Assembly: GCA_965207225.1 (NCBI GenBank) | Contig: CBDBLV010000005.1 | Span: 1,152,001 to 1,216,000, forward strand | DNA length: 64,000 nucleotides | Origin: Dehalococcoidia bacterium | GTDB taxonomy: Bacteria > Chloroflexota > Dehalococcoidia > Plut-88900 | Direction: 5' to 3' | In this document: piece by piece, positions 38,714-48,906 of the stretch | Layout of the letters: each line of letters begins with the position of its first letter | Position numbering within the stretch: the stretch's first letter is position 1 | Notes under the pieces: generated by a model | Database searches by the model: none | What the model was told of the DNA's origin: nothing | Seen by the model: the letters and a program-made list of their open reading frames with translations, nothing else | Made by a program: the position numbers and the translations under genes

Positions 38714-38892
38714 AGAGGAAGGGGGGAGGAGGGAAAAAGCGTGAGTGGGCAAGTCCTAGATTCCTCGCGGGGCATCGGAATGGGATGGGAGAAGGGGGGT
38801 AGATTCAGGGTATGGGGGCGGGATGAGGGTGCTGCTTCGGTTCGCTATGCTAGACTCTAGCCTCGGCCACACTCGATTTCAGGAGGAGAGAT

Positions 38893-39414
38893 ATGGAAGC
38901 TAACGAGCTGCTTACTAAGATGTTGAAGCAGAACCGGAGCATGGTGAGGAAGGCTTTTGACGGGCTTTCGGATGAGGAAGTTTCGAGGAGGCCGAGTGCG
39001 GACTGTAACTCGATGGCGTGGCTGTTGTGGCACCTGTGCCGGGTGGAGGACGGCTTCATATCCTCGTTGGAAGGGACGGGGGAGCTATGGGACCAAGGGT
39101 GGTCGGAGAAGTGCGGGATATCGGAGGAGACGGAGGGGATGGGGTACGGGCACAACGCAGGGGACCTGGAGACGTTCAGCGTGGGGTCGGTGGATGCCTT
39201 GAAGGAGTACTTCGGGGAGACGGAGAAGAGGGTGGCGAACTTCCTGGCATCGCTGACCCCCGAGGGCCTGGACAGACAGGTGCCAGCAATGATTGGAGAG
39301 GGTACAGTGCCGGTGGCTGCCCACATCCAGATCCTTGTGAACGAGGCGCTGGTACACGGGGGGCAGATTGCGTATTTGAGGGGGATGCACAAGGGGATGG
39401 GGTGGTATTTCTAG
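38893..39414 (+). CDS. DinB family protein
   Basis: NSMAWLLWHLCRVED, ALVHGGQIAYLR; AGGAG RBS. Confidence 0.85.
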   Translation: MEANELLTKMLKQNRSMVRKAFDGLSDEEVSRRPSADCNSMAWLLWHLCRVEDGFISSLEGTGELWDQGWSEKCGISEETEGMGYGHNAGDLETFSVGSVDALKEYFGETEKRVANFLASLTPEGLDRQVPAMIGEGTVPVAAHIQILVNEALVHGGQIAYLRGMHKGMGWYF

Positions 39415-39490
39415 AGCGTGAGGGGTGGGAGGGTGACCCCTCCCTCACCCCGGGATAGAGTGGAGTCCCACCCACCCACCCTGTTTCATT

Positions 39491-39525
39491 GACATATCAA
39501 AAATGCAGTGCATTTTTGATATGTC
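39491..39525. repeat. Perfect AT-rich 35-bp palindrome
   Basis: GACATATCAAAAATGCA-G-TGCATTTTTGATATGTC. Confidence 0.9.
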
Positions 39526-39662
39526 CTTCCCAAGGGGGATGCCGGGGAGGGCTGTGAGTTGTAGATATCGGGGTAGGTTTATGGATGGGCGTTGTAGATT
39601 CCTCGCGGGGCATCGGAATGGGAAGGAAAAGGAATCAGGATGGAAGGGGACGAGGAAAGGAG

Positions 39663-40664
39663 CTAGGTGAGGGTTAGGGCGGCGGCGCCGTTGATGCGGC
39701 CTTGTTTTAGGTCTATGAGGGCGTCGTTGGCGGATTCGAGGGGGTAGGGTTGGACGTGGGTGCGGACGGGGACTTCGGCGGCGAGGGTTAGGAGTTCTTG
39801 CACGTCTTGACGGGTGTTGTTGGCGGCGCTGCGTATGACTTTTTCGTCGTAGAGGTGTCGGGTGTAGTCGAGGGTGGGGATGGGGGTCATGTAGATGCCG
39901 GCGAGGGAGAGGACTCCACCCTTCTTCATGTGTTCAAGGGCCAGGGGGACCAGCTCGCCGGCGGGGGCGAAGATGATGGAGGAGTCGAGCTGGTGGGGCG
40001 GGCCCTGCTGCGCGGTCCCGACCCAAACTGCGCCCAGGTGTCGGGCGAGGGCTCCGTGCTCCTCGCTGCGGGAGAAGACGTAGACTTCCAGCCCCATGTG
40101 GACGGCTAGCTGGATAACTATATGAGCCGATCCCCCGAACCCGTATAGCCCCAACCTACCACCTGATGGGACATCGGCGAGGCGGAGGGCACGGTAGCCG
40201 ATTACCCCGGCACAGAGCAAGGGCACGGCCTGGAGGTCCGGGAAGGCGTCGGGGATGGGGAAGGTGAAAGAGGCCTCGCTGAGGATGTAGTCGGCGTAGC
40301 CGCCGTCGACGGTGTAGCCGTTGAAGAGGGCCGCTTCGCAGAGGTTTTCACGGCCTCGCTGGCAGAATTCACAGCGGCCGCAGGTGCGGTGTACCCAGGG
40401 GACGCCGACCCGGGTCCCGATCTCAAGCGCTTCCACTCCTTCGCCCAAGGCTTGCACCGTTCCAACTACCTGGTGGCCGGGGGTGAGGGGAGACTTCCTG
40501 GGCGGCAATTCTCCCTCGATGACGTGGAGGTCGGTGCGGCAGACGCCGCAGGCGGAGACCCGCACGAGGACCTGGCCCGGGCCCGGGGAGGGGATAGGGA
40601 CGTCGTTGAGTTCGAGCGGTCGGCGCTCCACGGGTGTGGGAGCGCTGAAGGACATGGCTCTCAT
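39663..40664 (-). CDS. Zinc-dependent alcohol dehydrogenase family protein
   Basis: CGVCRTDLH, PGHQVVG, CGRCEFC...ENLC, GLYGFGGSA. Confidence 0.92.
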   Translation of the reverse strand: MRAMSFSAPTPVERRPLELNDVPIPSPGPGQVLVRVSACGVCRTDLHVIEGELPPRKSPLTPGHQVVGTVQALGEGVEALEIGTRVGVPWVHRTCGRCEFCQRGRENLCEAALFNGYTVDGGYADYILSEASFTFPIPDAFPDLQAVPLLCAGVIGYRALRLADVPSGGRLGLYGFGGSAHIVIQLAVHMGLEVYVFSRSEEHGALARHLGAVWVGTAQQGPPHQLDSSIIFAPAGELVPLALEHMKKGGVLSLAGIYMTPIPTLDYTRHLYDEKVIRSAANNTRQDVQELLTLAAEVPVRTHVQPYPLESANDALIDLKQGRINGAAALTLT

Positions 40665-40680
40665 GGGTCGGGCCCTGCGC

Positions 40681-41292
40681 CTAGTCGTAGACCTCCAGCA
40701 GGAGGTCGGAGGGGTTGTAGCCGTTGCAGGGGTTCAGGTCCTGGGGGCAGGCCGACCCGGCGACGATAAGGTCGTCGAGGGCCAGAAGGACGACGTAGTC
40801 TCCGGCCCGGGAGACGGGCTCTTTGACGGAGAGGTTTCCTTCGTCGTCGGGGCCGCTGTTCTGGAAGATGTTGAAGACCTCGGGGGTCACGGGCGGGTGG
40901 ACGTCGAGGGTGGCGAGGGCTTCGAGGACGTTTTCCTTGCAGCTTCGGTGATCAGTGACTTCGTAGTCGATCAGGTATCTCTGGGGGTCGCAGGGGGCGT
41001 AGAGCATGTCGTGGATGCCGATGGTGGTGTCCTCGACGAAGGCCATGATGGCATGGCGATGGTTGTCGTATAGGGTGTCTCCGACTCGGGGGCGCACGCG
41101 GGCAATGGTACTCCGGGTGTAGACGCCCGAGAGGTAGACAGCGGGGTCAGACACCCGAAGGGCAAAGAAGTCGCAGACCTGCTTGCCCTCGACATCAGTT
41201 ACTTTAACTTTCTGACCCCCGCGTGCGATGACGGCGCGGCCGTGTCGGGCGGGGATGGTGACGGATTCTACCAATTTTCCTAGCTCTGCCAT
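40681..41292 (-). CDS. DUF1989 protein (second copy)
   Basis: GKQVCDF, HDMLYAPC, HRSCKEN, NIFQN, SACPQD. Confidence 0.88.
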   Translation of the reverse strand: MAELGKLVESVTIPARHGRAVIARGGQKVKVTDVEGKQVCDFFALRVSDPAVYLSGVYTRSTIARVRPRVGDTLYDNHRHAIMAFVEDTTIGIHDMLYAPCDPQRYLIDYEVTDHRSCKENVLEALATLDVHPPVTPEVFNIFQNSGPDDEGNLSVKEPVSRAGDYVVLLALDDLIVAGSACPQDLNPCNGYNPSDLLLEVYD

Positions 41293-41446
41293 GAGTGCCC
41301 CCTTTGGTTGAACCTGGAAATTCTTCAAGCGTCCGGGTCCGGGTATAGGGTAGTATATTCCCTCCGCGGATGAAATTACGAGATGCGTGGACTAGAATTG
41401 GCGTAACCGGGCTCCTGCCAAGGTGCCAGTTTCAGGAGGGACAATA

Positions 41447-42892
41447 ATGAGCAGCAGATACGTGGATACCATCGTGCATGACGGCGAGGTTGTTACGTCG
41501 AAGGATGTGACTCGGACGAGCATTGCGGTAAAGGATGGGAAGATCGTGGCGCTCGGGCCTAAGGAGCTGCTGCCGGAGGCGGGGCAGTACATCGATGCCT
41601 CGGGAAAGTACGTGCTGCCGGGCGCGATTGACGCCCATATGCACATCGACCCGCTGAAGTGTGACGACTGGGTCAACGCGCCCCTGGCTGCGGCGCACTC
41701 TGGGATAACCAGCCTCATCGTCTTCTGCATCTACGACGATCTGAACGGGGAGACGATTCCCGATGCCCTCCGGCGGAACCAGGAGGAGGCGAAGGCGGGG
41801 TCGGTGCTGGACTATGCCTTCCACTTCATCCTGCATAAGCAGCCCTACATCCTGGAAGGTCTGCCCGAGGCTTTCGACATGGGCGTTACCTCCTACAAGA
41901 TGTTCATGACCTACAAGACCCGGAAGTACCGTATGTGCTCCGACGACTTCATCCTGCAAGCCATGGACGTCATCGGGAGTCACGGCGGTGTGACCCAGCT
42001 TCACTGCGAAAACGGAGACGTACTGGACTACCTGCAGACAAAGTTCATGTCGGAAGGGTGCACGCACCCGCGGTACTTCCCTCAGTCCTGTCCCCCGTGG
42101 GCCGAGGCGGAGGCCATTAACAGAGCGATCAACATGGGAGCGATGACCCAGTGCCCGACCTACGTTGTCCACCTGAGCACCCAGGGAGGCCTGGAGAAGA
42201 TCAAGGAGGCGCAACAGCGGGGGCAGCGGATCTGGACCGAGACCTGTCCCCAGTACCTTCTTTTGACCGACGCCGAGATGGAAAAGTGGGGACCTCATGC
42301 GAAGATCGGGCCTCCTTTGAGGCCGGAAGACGGGCCTGACCAGGAGGCGCTGTGGGGCGGACTCCAGGGCGGACAGATCTCGATTGTTGCGAGCGACCAC
42401 TCGGCGACGCACAAGGAGAAGAAGGAGTCGGGGTGGGACAACGTGTTCCAGGACGCGCAGGGCAACACCGTGCCCTTTGGCAGCGCGTCAGTGGAGACGA
42501 TGCTGCCGCTTATGTACAGCGAGGGCGTGGTGAAGAGAGGGATGTCGATAACCTGGATAGCCCGGGCGCTGGCGGAGAACCCGGCGCGGGTGTTCGGGCT
42601 GTACCCGCGTAAGGGCGTGATAAACATCGGCTCAGATGCCGACCTGCTGCTGATAGACCCGAACTATGAGCGGACGATCACGGCTTCGGAAATGAAGAGC
42701 AATGCGGGGTTGACGCTGTACGAAGGCTGGGGTCAGAAGGGTCGGCCGTGGATGACTATGGTGCGGGGGGAGGTGGTGATGAAGGAGGGCGAGATCCTGC
42801 AGAAGCCGGGCTACGGAGAGTTCGTGCGGTGCGGCGGGCCGATGGCACCGCTAGGCGGGCCGGTGGCTACCACGGAAGTGGCGGTGAACTAG
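41447..42892 (+). CDS. Dihydropyrimidinase/hydantoinase-type cyclic amidohydrolase
   Basis: PGAIDAHMH, SYKMFMTY, HCENG, YVVHLS, ETCPQYL, SDHS, GSDADL. Confidence 0.9.
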   Translation: MSSRYVDTIVHDGEVVTSKDVTRTSIAVKDGKIVALGPKELLPEAGQYIDASGKYVLPGAIDAHMHIDPLKCDDWVNAPLAAAHSGITSLIVFCIYDDLNGETIPDALRRNQEEAKAGSVLDYAFHFILHKQPYILEGLPEAFDMGVTSYKMFMTYKTRKYRMCSDDFILQAMDVIGSHGGVTQLHCENGDVLDYLQTKFMSEGCTHPRYFPQSCPPWAEAEAINRAINMGAMTQCPTYVVHLSTQGGLEKIKEAQQRGQRIWTETCPQYLLLTDAEMEKWGPHAKIGPPLRPEDGPDQEALWGGLQGGQISIVASDHSATHKEKKESGWDNVFQDAQGNTVPFGSASVETMLPLMYSEGVVKRGMSITWIARALAENPARVFGLYPRKGVINIGSDADLLLIDPNYERTITASEMKSNAGLTLYEGWGQKGRPWMTMVRGEVVMKEGEILQKPGYGEFVRCGGPMAPLGGPVATTEVAVN

Positions 42893-43776
42893 GGCCGGTA
42901 GGTGCGGAACTGGGGGCCGTCTTTGGGGGCCCAACTATCGGCTACGACCTCACGGGGGAAGGAGTCGGGGAGGACGCCGTCGGTGGCGTATTCGTAGAGC
43001 GCGGCTACGTAGATGGCCTTCAGCGCCGCAGTGACCAGGATGAGGGCCCCCAGCCCCACCACCCCCAGGGCCACGGCGATGACTATTCCTGCGGGCGCTG
43101 GGATAATAAAGGCTATAGCCACGCACACCAGCACGATGGGCAGCCCCACTATGATGACCATTAGGTCGAACCCAAACCTGCTGACGAGCTGCTCTCCCCA
43201 AGTCCTGCGCAACAATGCCGCCGAGCGTTTGATGGCCTCTATCGGGCCCACGCCTTCCACGACGAGAACGGGAATGACGAGATAGGTGAACACTGACCAG
43301 GCCCCTCGTAGCAACCAGGTCACGATCAAGAACGCGAAGGCTCCAATACCGCCTCGACCCCTTGCCGCCTTTTCGAGGGCATAGAAGATCAGGGACACGA
43401 TGGCAGAGATAAATGCCCACCCCAGGATGCCGACAAGGTTGGAATTGGCGGCGCGGAAACCGTCCCGGAGGGTAGGGTCGCCGCCTCGGAGGCGGATGCG
43501 TGCTGCGCCAATGAGGGCGGCGTTAAAGTATATGATGATGAAGTAGTTGACGAAGTAGAAGATGCCCATGAGCAGGTAGTCGGTGGGTACCAGGGCGATT
43601 TCGCCTTCTGTGGAGTCGGCGGCGCGGAATACCATGCCGGAGCCGAAGATCATCGCGGCGGTGATGACGAGGGCGATGGTCGAGATCAGGGGGAAGACGA
43701 GGAGCTCTTTGTCGTGGAGGAGGACCCTCCAGCAGACCTTGTAGAGCTGCCAACTCCGGCCGATGGTGGCGAACAT
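42889..43776 (-). CDS. Membrane protein (DUF6159-like)
   Basis: SWQL...VLLHDKELLVFP, YFNAAL, IKRSAALLRRTWGE; multiple TM segments. Confidence 0.7.
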   Translation of the reverse strand: MFATIGRSWQLYKVCWRVLLHDKELLVFPLISTIALVITAAMIFGSGMVFRAADSTEGEIALVPTDYLLMGIFYFVNYFIIIYFNAALIGAARIRLRGGDPTLRDGFRAANSNLVGILGWAFISAIVSLIFYALEKAARGRGGIGAFAFLIVTWLLRGAWSVFTYLVIPVLVVEGVGPIEAIKRSAALLRRTWGEQLVSRFGFDLMVIIVGLPIVLVCVAIAFIIPAPAGIVIAVALGVVGLGALILVTAALKAIYVAALYEYATDGVLPDSFPREVVADSWAPKDGPQFRTYRP

Positions 43777-43914
43777 GTAAGTAATTATACGCCTATCTCC
43801 CTTGTCCAACATCTTCGAATTGCGGGGCAAGGGGGGTGAGGGGACCAATAGGCATATACGGTATACTTGCGCCGGTTTTAGCCGGGGACAAGGGACGCAT
43901 GAAAGGAGCTCGGG

Positions 43915-45198
43915 GTGACTACGGAGGCAACGGCAGAAAAGACCGCAAATCCGGAGCAGGGAAGCGCCCTGGCGACAGCGCTAGAGCAGTTTGAGACGGC
44001 GGCGAACTTCCTTGACCTGGACGAGAATATCAGGAGGATCCTGCGTGCACCCAAGAGGGAGTTGATAGTCCATTTTCCTGTGAGCATGGATGACGGGAGC
44101 ACCGAGGTCTTCACGGGATACCGGGTGCAGCACAGCATGTCCCGGGGCCCGGCCAAGGGAGGCATCCGCTACCACCCCTCGGTAAGCCTGGACGAGGTCC
44201 GGGCACTGGCCATGTGGATGACCTGGAAATGTGCAGTGGTGGATATTCCGTTTGGTGGGGCCAAGGGGGCGGTGGCCTGCGACCCCAAGCTGCTTTCCAT
44301 GAGGGAGTTGGAAGGGCTCAGCAGGCGGTATGCCACAGAGATATCGATAATCATAAGCCCGGAAGGCGACATTCCGGCCCCGGACATGAACACGAACGCC
44401 CAGATCATGGCCTGGATAATGGATACCTACAGCATGCACAGGGGCTACTCGGTGCCGGGGGTGGTGACGGGGAAGCCGTTCAGCGTTGGGGGGACGCGGG
44501 GGAGGGTGGAGTCGACGGGGAGGGGCTGCATGAACATGGCAAAGGAGACCGCGAGGCACCTCTCTATGCCATTGGAAGGTGCGAAGGTGGTGGTGCAGGG
44601 GTTCGGCAACGTGGGCTCCGTGGCGGCGAGGATGCTTCAAGAGCAGGGATGCAAGATAGTTGCCATTAGCGATGCGTCGGGAGGGGTGTTCAACGACTCG
44701 GGGCTGGACGTGGAGGCGATGCTTGCCGACAGGGAACATATCCACAACCTTCGGGACTCGAGGCACGGGGACAGGATAACCAACGCCGAACTGTTGGAGC
44801 TCCCCTGCGATATCCTGATGCTGGCGGCCATGGAAGGTCAGATAACCGAGGCCAATGCCTCGAAGGTCAAGGCCAGGATCATCGTCGAGGGGGCGAATGG
44901 ACCCACTTCTACTGAAGCCGACAAAATCCTGGTGGACAAGGGCGTATTCATAGTGCCGGACATCCTGGCCAACGCAGGCGGGGTCATAGTCTCCTACTTC
45001 GAATGGGTGCAGGACCTGCAGTTCTACTTCTGGGAGGAGCAGGAAGTGGAGAAGCGTCTGGACTCGATTATGAAGCACAGCTTCGAGTCGGTGCTGGCGA
45101 CGGCGGAAGAGAATAAGGTGAGCATGAGGATGGGGGCTTACATTCAGGGGGTGAGCCGGGTGACGGCGGCGCACAACACCCGGGGCATATACCCCTAG
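43915..45198 (+). CDS. gdhA: Glutamate dehydrogenase (Glu/Leu/Phe/Val family)
   Basis: [56 protein letters not shown]. Confidence 0.93.
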   Translation: MTTEATAEKTANPEQGSALATALEQFETAANFLDLDENIRRILRAPKRELIVHFPVSMDDGSTEVFTGYRVQHSMSRGPAKGGIRYHPSVSLDEVRALAMWMTWKCAVVDIPFGGAKGAVACDPKLLSMRELEGLSRRYATEISIIISPEGDIPAPDMNTNAQIMAWIMDTYSMHRGYSVPGVVTGKPFSVGGTRGRVESTGRGCMNMAKETARHLSMPLEGAKVVVQGFGNVGSVAARMLQEQGCKIVAISDASGGVFNDSGLDVEAMLADREHIHNLRDSRHGDRITNAELLELPCDILMLAAMEGQITEANASKVKARIIVEGANGPTSTEADKILVDKGVFIVPDILANAGGVIVSYFEWVQDLQFYFWEEQEVEKRLDSIMKHSFESVLATAEENKVSMRMGAYIQGVSRVTAAHNTRGIYP

Positions 45199-45236
45199 TT
45201 CTAAATCTTCCCTGCGAAGTGCGATAGCAGAAAATC

Positions 45237-46478
45237 GTGGAATTTAATGCCGACGCGCCTATGAAAGACAGATCGCTTTACGGGATTAGGGTGGTGGAGG
45301 TGGGAGAGATGGTGTCGGCGCCGTATTGTGCGCGACTGATGGCGGCTCTGGGGGCGGAGGTGGTCAAAGTGGAGCCGCCCGGGGGCGACGGGGCCCGGGC
45401 CAACGGACCCTTCCTCAACGACGAACCCCACCCCGAAAAGAGCGGCCTCTTCCTGGCTATGAACCTGGACAAGAAGGGGGTCACGCTGGACATCACGTCC
45501 GCGGAGGGGGCCCGGCTATTCAGGAGGCTGGTGGGGGAGTCGGATATAGTGGTGGAGAACGGGCCGCCGGGGTGGTTGGGGGAGTTGGGACTGGGGTACG
45601 AGTCGCTGAAGGCGGAGAACCCGGGGTTGATCATGGTGTCGATTACCCCTTTCGGGCAAGACGGGCCTTACAAGGATTTCAAAGCCCACGATCTGAACAG
45701 GTGGCACGCCGGGGGATGGGGGTATTTGTGGAAGGAACGAGGCGCTGATGGGGTGCCGGGTCGGCTGGTGGGGGGCCCAAGTTTCCTGCCGGGATTTCAA
45801 GCAGCGTACAACGCCCTGACGGCCACACTGGGCGCTCTTTATTTCCGGGACATGGGTGGGGAGGGGCAGCATATCGACGTGTCGGAGCAGGAGGCGATGG
45901 CCTTCATCATTGCCGGGAGCTTTCCCGTGTACAACGGAGAAAAACGCATACATGGGAAGGACGTGGCGATACCTGCGTCGGTGCCTTCCGGAGTGCTGCC
46001 GTGCCGGGACGGGTACGTGTTGATCAGCGCTATCGAGCACCACCAGTGGGAAGGGTTGGTGAAGATGCTGGGAGAGCCGGGGTGGAGCCAGGAGGGGTGG
46101 GCCAACACGGTGGAGGGTCGACGGCTGAACTACGACATCATAAACGCCTTCATGATGGAGTGGCTGGAGGACAAGAGTGTCGACTGGGTAGTCAAAAAAG
46201 CGATTGAGCATCGGATACCGGCCAGCCCGGTCGGGGTGACGGCGGAGCACATCCATGGAGATGAGCATCTGAAGGAGCGGGGATTCTTCTCCGAGATCGA
46301 TCATTCGGTGGCGGGTAGGCTGGAGTATCCGTCGGCGCCGTTCAGATTTTCGGAAACGGAGAGCGGGACGAGGGCGCCGGCACCGTTGCTGGGCCAGCAC
46401 AACGATGAGATTTACAGTGGGTGGTTGGGGTTGGGACAGGATGAACTGGCGCGGCTGAAGCGAGAAGGAACCATCTAG
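45237..46478 (+). CDS. CaiB/BaiF family III CoA-transferase, copy 1
   Basis: LGAEVVKVEPPGGD, DIVVEN, GQHIDVS, APLLGQHN. Confidence 0.9.
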   Translation: MEFNADAPMKDRSLYGIRVVEVGEMVSAPYCARLMAALGAEVVKVEPPGGDGARANGPFLNDEPHPEKSGLFLAMNLDKKGVTLDITSAEGARLFRRLVGESDIVVENGPPGWLGELGLGYESLKAENPGLIMVSITPFGQDGPYKDFKAHDLNRWHAGGWGYLWKERGADGVPGRLVGGPSFLPGFQAAYNALTATLGALYFRDMGGEGQHIDVSEQEAMAFIIAGSFPVYNGEKRIHGKDVAIPASVPSGVLPCRDGYVLISAIEHHQWEGLVKMLGEPGWSQEGWANTVEGRRLNYDIINAFMMEWLEDKSVDWVVKKAIEHRIPASPVGVTAEHIHGDEHLKERGFFSEIDHSVAGRLEYPSAPFRFSETESGTRAPAPLLGQHNDEIYSGWLGLGQDELARLKREGTI

Positions 46479-46510
46479 GGTTGGTTAAGGGAGTCAGGGG
46501 GACGGGGGGA

Positions 46511-47722
46511 ATGAAAGGGGCGCTAGCCGGGGTACGGGTGGCGGATTTTACGGCGTCGTGGGCGGGGCCTCACTGCGTATCGCTGCTGGCCTTCATGGGG
46601 GCGGAGGTCATCAAGATAGAGAGCGAGGCCAAGCTGGACCTGGCCCGTTACTACCCGCCTTTCAAGGACGGCATCGAAAGCCCGGACAGGGCGATGTGGT
46701 TCGCCCAGATGCACCGGAACAGTCTTAGCGTCACCCTGAATCTGCGGGAGCCCGAGAGCGTGGAGCTTGCCAAGAGGATTGTCGCCATCTCGGATGTGGT
46801 GGCGGAGAACTTCCGGGCGGGAGTGGCGGACCGACTCGGGCTGGGATATGAAGAGCTAGTAGGGGTGAATCCGCAGGTGATTATGGCGTCGCTGTCGGGG
46901 TTTGGGGCGTATGGCCCGAGGTCGCGGTGGGTGACCTACGGGATGCACGTGTCCAATATCTCGGGGCTGATGAGCATGGTGGGGTATCCGGATTCGGAGC
47001 CGGTGTCGGACTGGGTGGAGATGCCGGACCCGTCGGGAGGGGTGGCGGGGGCGTCGGCAATTCTGGCAGCGCTTCACTACAGGTTGAAGACCGGGAAGGG
47101 GCAGCACATCGACCTATCGGAGGAAGAGACGGCGATCGGCTTCCAGCCTGAGAAGCTAATGGACTACGCGATGAACGGCAGGGAGGCCGTGAAGATGGGC
47201 AACCGGCGCCCGAGCATGGCGCCCCACGGGGTGTACGGGTGCGCCGGCGATGACGAGTGGGTGAGCATAGCGGTCGGGAGCGAGGAGGAATGGGGCAGGT
47301 TTTGCTCGGCGGTTGGGATGGAGTGTTTAGCCCAAGATTCAAGGTTTGCCACGGTGTCGGCGCGGAAGGAGAATGAGGATGCGCTGGACGAGATTGTGGA
47401 GAGGTGGACCCGACAGCATTCCAAGTCGGAGGTGATGAGGGTGTTGCAGGGGTCGGGGGTGGGGGCGATGGTCACCTTCACCAATGCCGACCTGTATCAC
47501 GACGAACACCTGGCGGCCCGGGGTTTCTTCACGTGGGACGAGCACCCGGTGCAGGGTCGGGCGAAGATGCCTGCACAGCCGTGGAAGATGTCGGAGACGC
47601 CGTTGGCGATGACCAGGCCGGGCCCGAGGATGGGTGAGCACAACAGGTATGTGCTGGAGGAGCTGCTGGGGCTGAGTCGGGAGGAGGTTGAGGGGCTGGT
47701 GAGGGGTGGGGTGGTGTATTAG
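46511..47722 (+). CDS. CaiB/BaiF family III CoA-transferase, copy 2
   Basis: WAGP, GAEVIKIES, DVVAENFRAG, GQHIDLS, PRMGEHN. Confidence 0.9.
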   Translation: MKGALAGVRVADFTASWAGPHCVSLLAFMGAEVIKIESEAKLDLARYYPPFKDGIESPDRAMWFAQMHRNSLSVTLNLREPESVELAKRIVAISDVVAENFRAGVADRLGLGYEELVGVNPQVIMASLSGFGAYGPRSRWVTYGMHVSNISGLMSMVGYPDSEPVSDWVEMPDPSGGVAGASAILAALHYRLKTGKGQHIDLSEEETAIGFQPEKLMDYAMNGREAVKMGNRRPSMAPHGVYGCAGDDEWVSIAVGSEEEWGRFCSAVGMECLAQDSRFATVSARKENEDALDEIVERWTRQHSKSEVMRVLQGSGVGAMVTFTNADLYHDEHLAARGFFTWDEHPVQGRAKMPAQPWKMSETPLAMTRPGPRMGEHNRYVLEELLGLSREEVEGLVRGGVVY

Positions 47723-47726
47723 GGGT

Positions 47727-48032
47727 TCAGGCTATCTGATAGCGCTCAACGTGGATATCGGAGGCTTGGGCGCGCATTTGGGCGGCGTCGTACCAAGCCT
47801 GCATTCGGAGAAGCATGTCCATGCTCATGCCGAAGGCCTTTTCAACTCGTAACGCCATCTCGGGAGACAGGGAGGACTTGGAGTTGAGGAGGTCGGAAAG
47901 TGTAGCCCTACGCACCCCCAGGGCCTTTGCGGCCTTTGTTACGCTCAGCCCTAAATCTTCTATGATTTCTGTTCGTATGAAGTCGCCGGGGTGGGAGGGG
48001 GTCATTTTGACCTTGATTTCAGGCGTTGTCAT
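47727..48032 (-). CDS. higA: HigA family antitoxin (XRE HTH)
   Basis: HPGDFIR, LSVTKAAKALGVRRATLS, LSPEMALR..KAFG, MQAWYD. Confidence 0.88.
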   Translation of the reverse strand: MTTPEIKVKMTPSHPGDFIRTEIIEDLGLSVTKAAKALGVRRATLSDLLNSKSSLSPEMALRVEKAFGMSMDMLLRMQAWYDAAQMRAQASDIHVERYQIA

Positions 48033-48420
48033 CAATGGTAAGGCAATAAAGCAAAACTGATTTGCAGTCCTTACTGTATTGCAATGCGCGTCCAATTGCC
48101 ACCCGCTTTTTACCGCGCCGGACTAACAAGTGATGTGAGCGGTTAAGTCCGAGATCCCTCGCGGGGCCTCGGGATGACATAGCGGAGGTGGGTGGCGGGG
48201 TGGATGTGGACGCAAGGGCAGGCATGGGCCTCTCCCCGCTCATGCTTCGAGAGCCTCAGCACGAGCGGCCTCACCGCCGGGGGGGCAGGCACGAGACCTG
48301 TCCCTACGGGGGATAGGACGGGATGCCACCCTATTCCGCTCTAGAGACCCCCTCGAGGGACTCGGGGCAGGCTATTCGACTCCGCTCGGGGCGAGAATAC
48401 CCCAACCCCCAGGATGCACC

Positions 48421-48891
48421 CTACCGGCGGCGGACGTGGGAGCGACCGGCGCGGGCCACGAGGTCTCCGTGCTGGTTGTGGAAGCTGTGCTCGACGACTA
48501 TGAAGGCCATGTCTCCGGTGCGGCCGGTCTTGCGGTAGACGTCTGCGAGTCGGGCGGTACAGGTGAGGGTGTCGCCGGGACGAACGGGGAGAAGGGGCTC
48601 GACCCACTGACCGGCCATGTAGATGGTGCCATCGAATTGGAGGTTGAGGTCGGGGGGCTCTTCCAGGCGGATAAAGGAAGCGACGAAGGCGGGCGGGGCG
48701 ATGATGTCGCCGTGGGGGCCACGGGCGGCGGCTTCCTCGTCGACAAAGAGCGGGTTGGTTTCACCTATGGCGAGGGAAAAACCGAGGATCATGTCCCGGG
48801 TGACGGTGTGGGTGGCCCTAAGGAAGTCCCTACCCAATGTCTCCCGGTTGAACCGGAGGGTGTCCTCGGGGGTGGGTTGGGCGGCGGTCAT
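48421..48891 (-). CDS. MaoC/FAS1-like dehydratase (hotdog fold)
   Basis: FSLAIGETNPLF, IAPPAF, PVRPGDTL, NQHGDLV. Confidence 0.85.
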   Translation of the reverse strand: MTAAQPTPEDTLRFNRETLGRDFLRATHTVTRDMILGFSLAIGETNPLFVDEEAAARGPHGDIIAPPAFVASFIRLEEPPDLNLQFDGTIYMAGQWVEPLLPVRPGDTLTCTARLADVYRKTGRTGDMAFIVVEHSFHNQHGDLVARAGRSHVRRR

Positions 48892-48906
48892 GGCTTTTGG
48901 GGAACC

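Noticed and set aside
36073-38775. 900-aa minus-strand ORF as a single real protein
   Set aside because: Starts inside repeats, translates repeat DNA twice and overlaps mscS antisense; only the part from ATG 38448 has expression signals
37395-38790. CRISPR array
   Set aside because: No regular repeat-spacer period and no cas genes; repeats are REP-like or an 11-bp tandem
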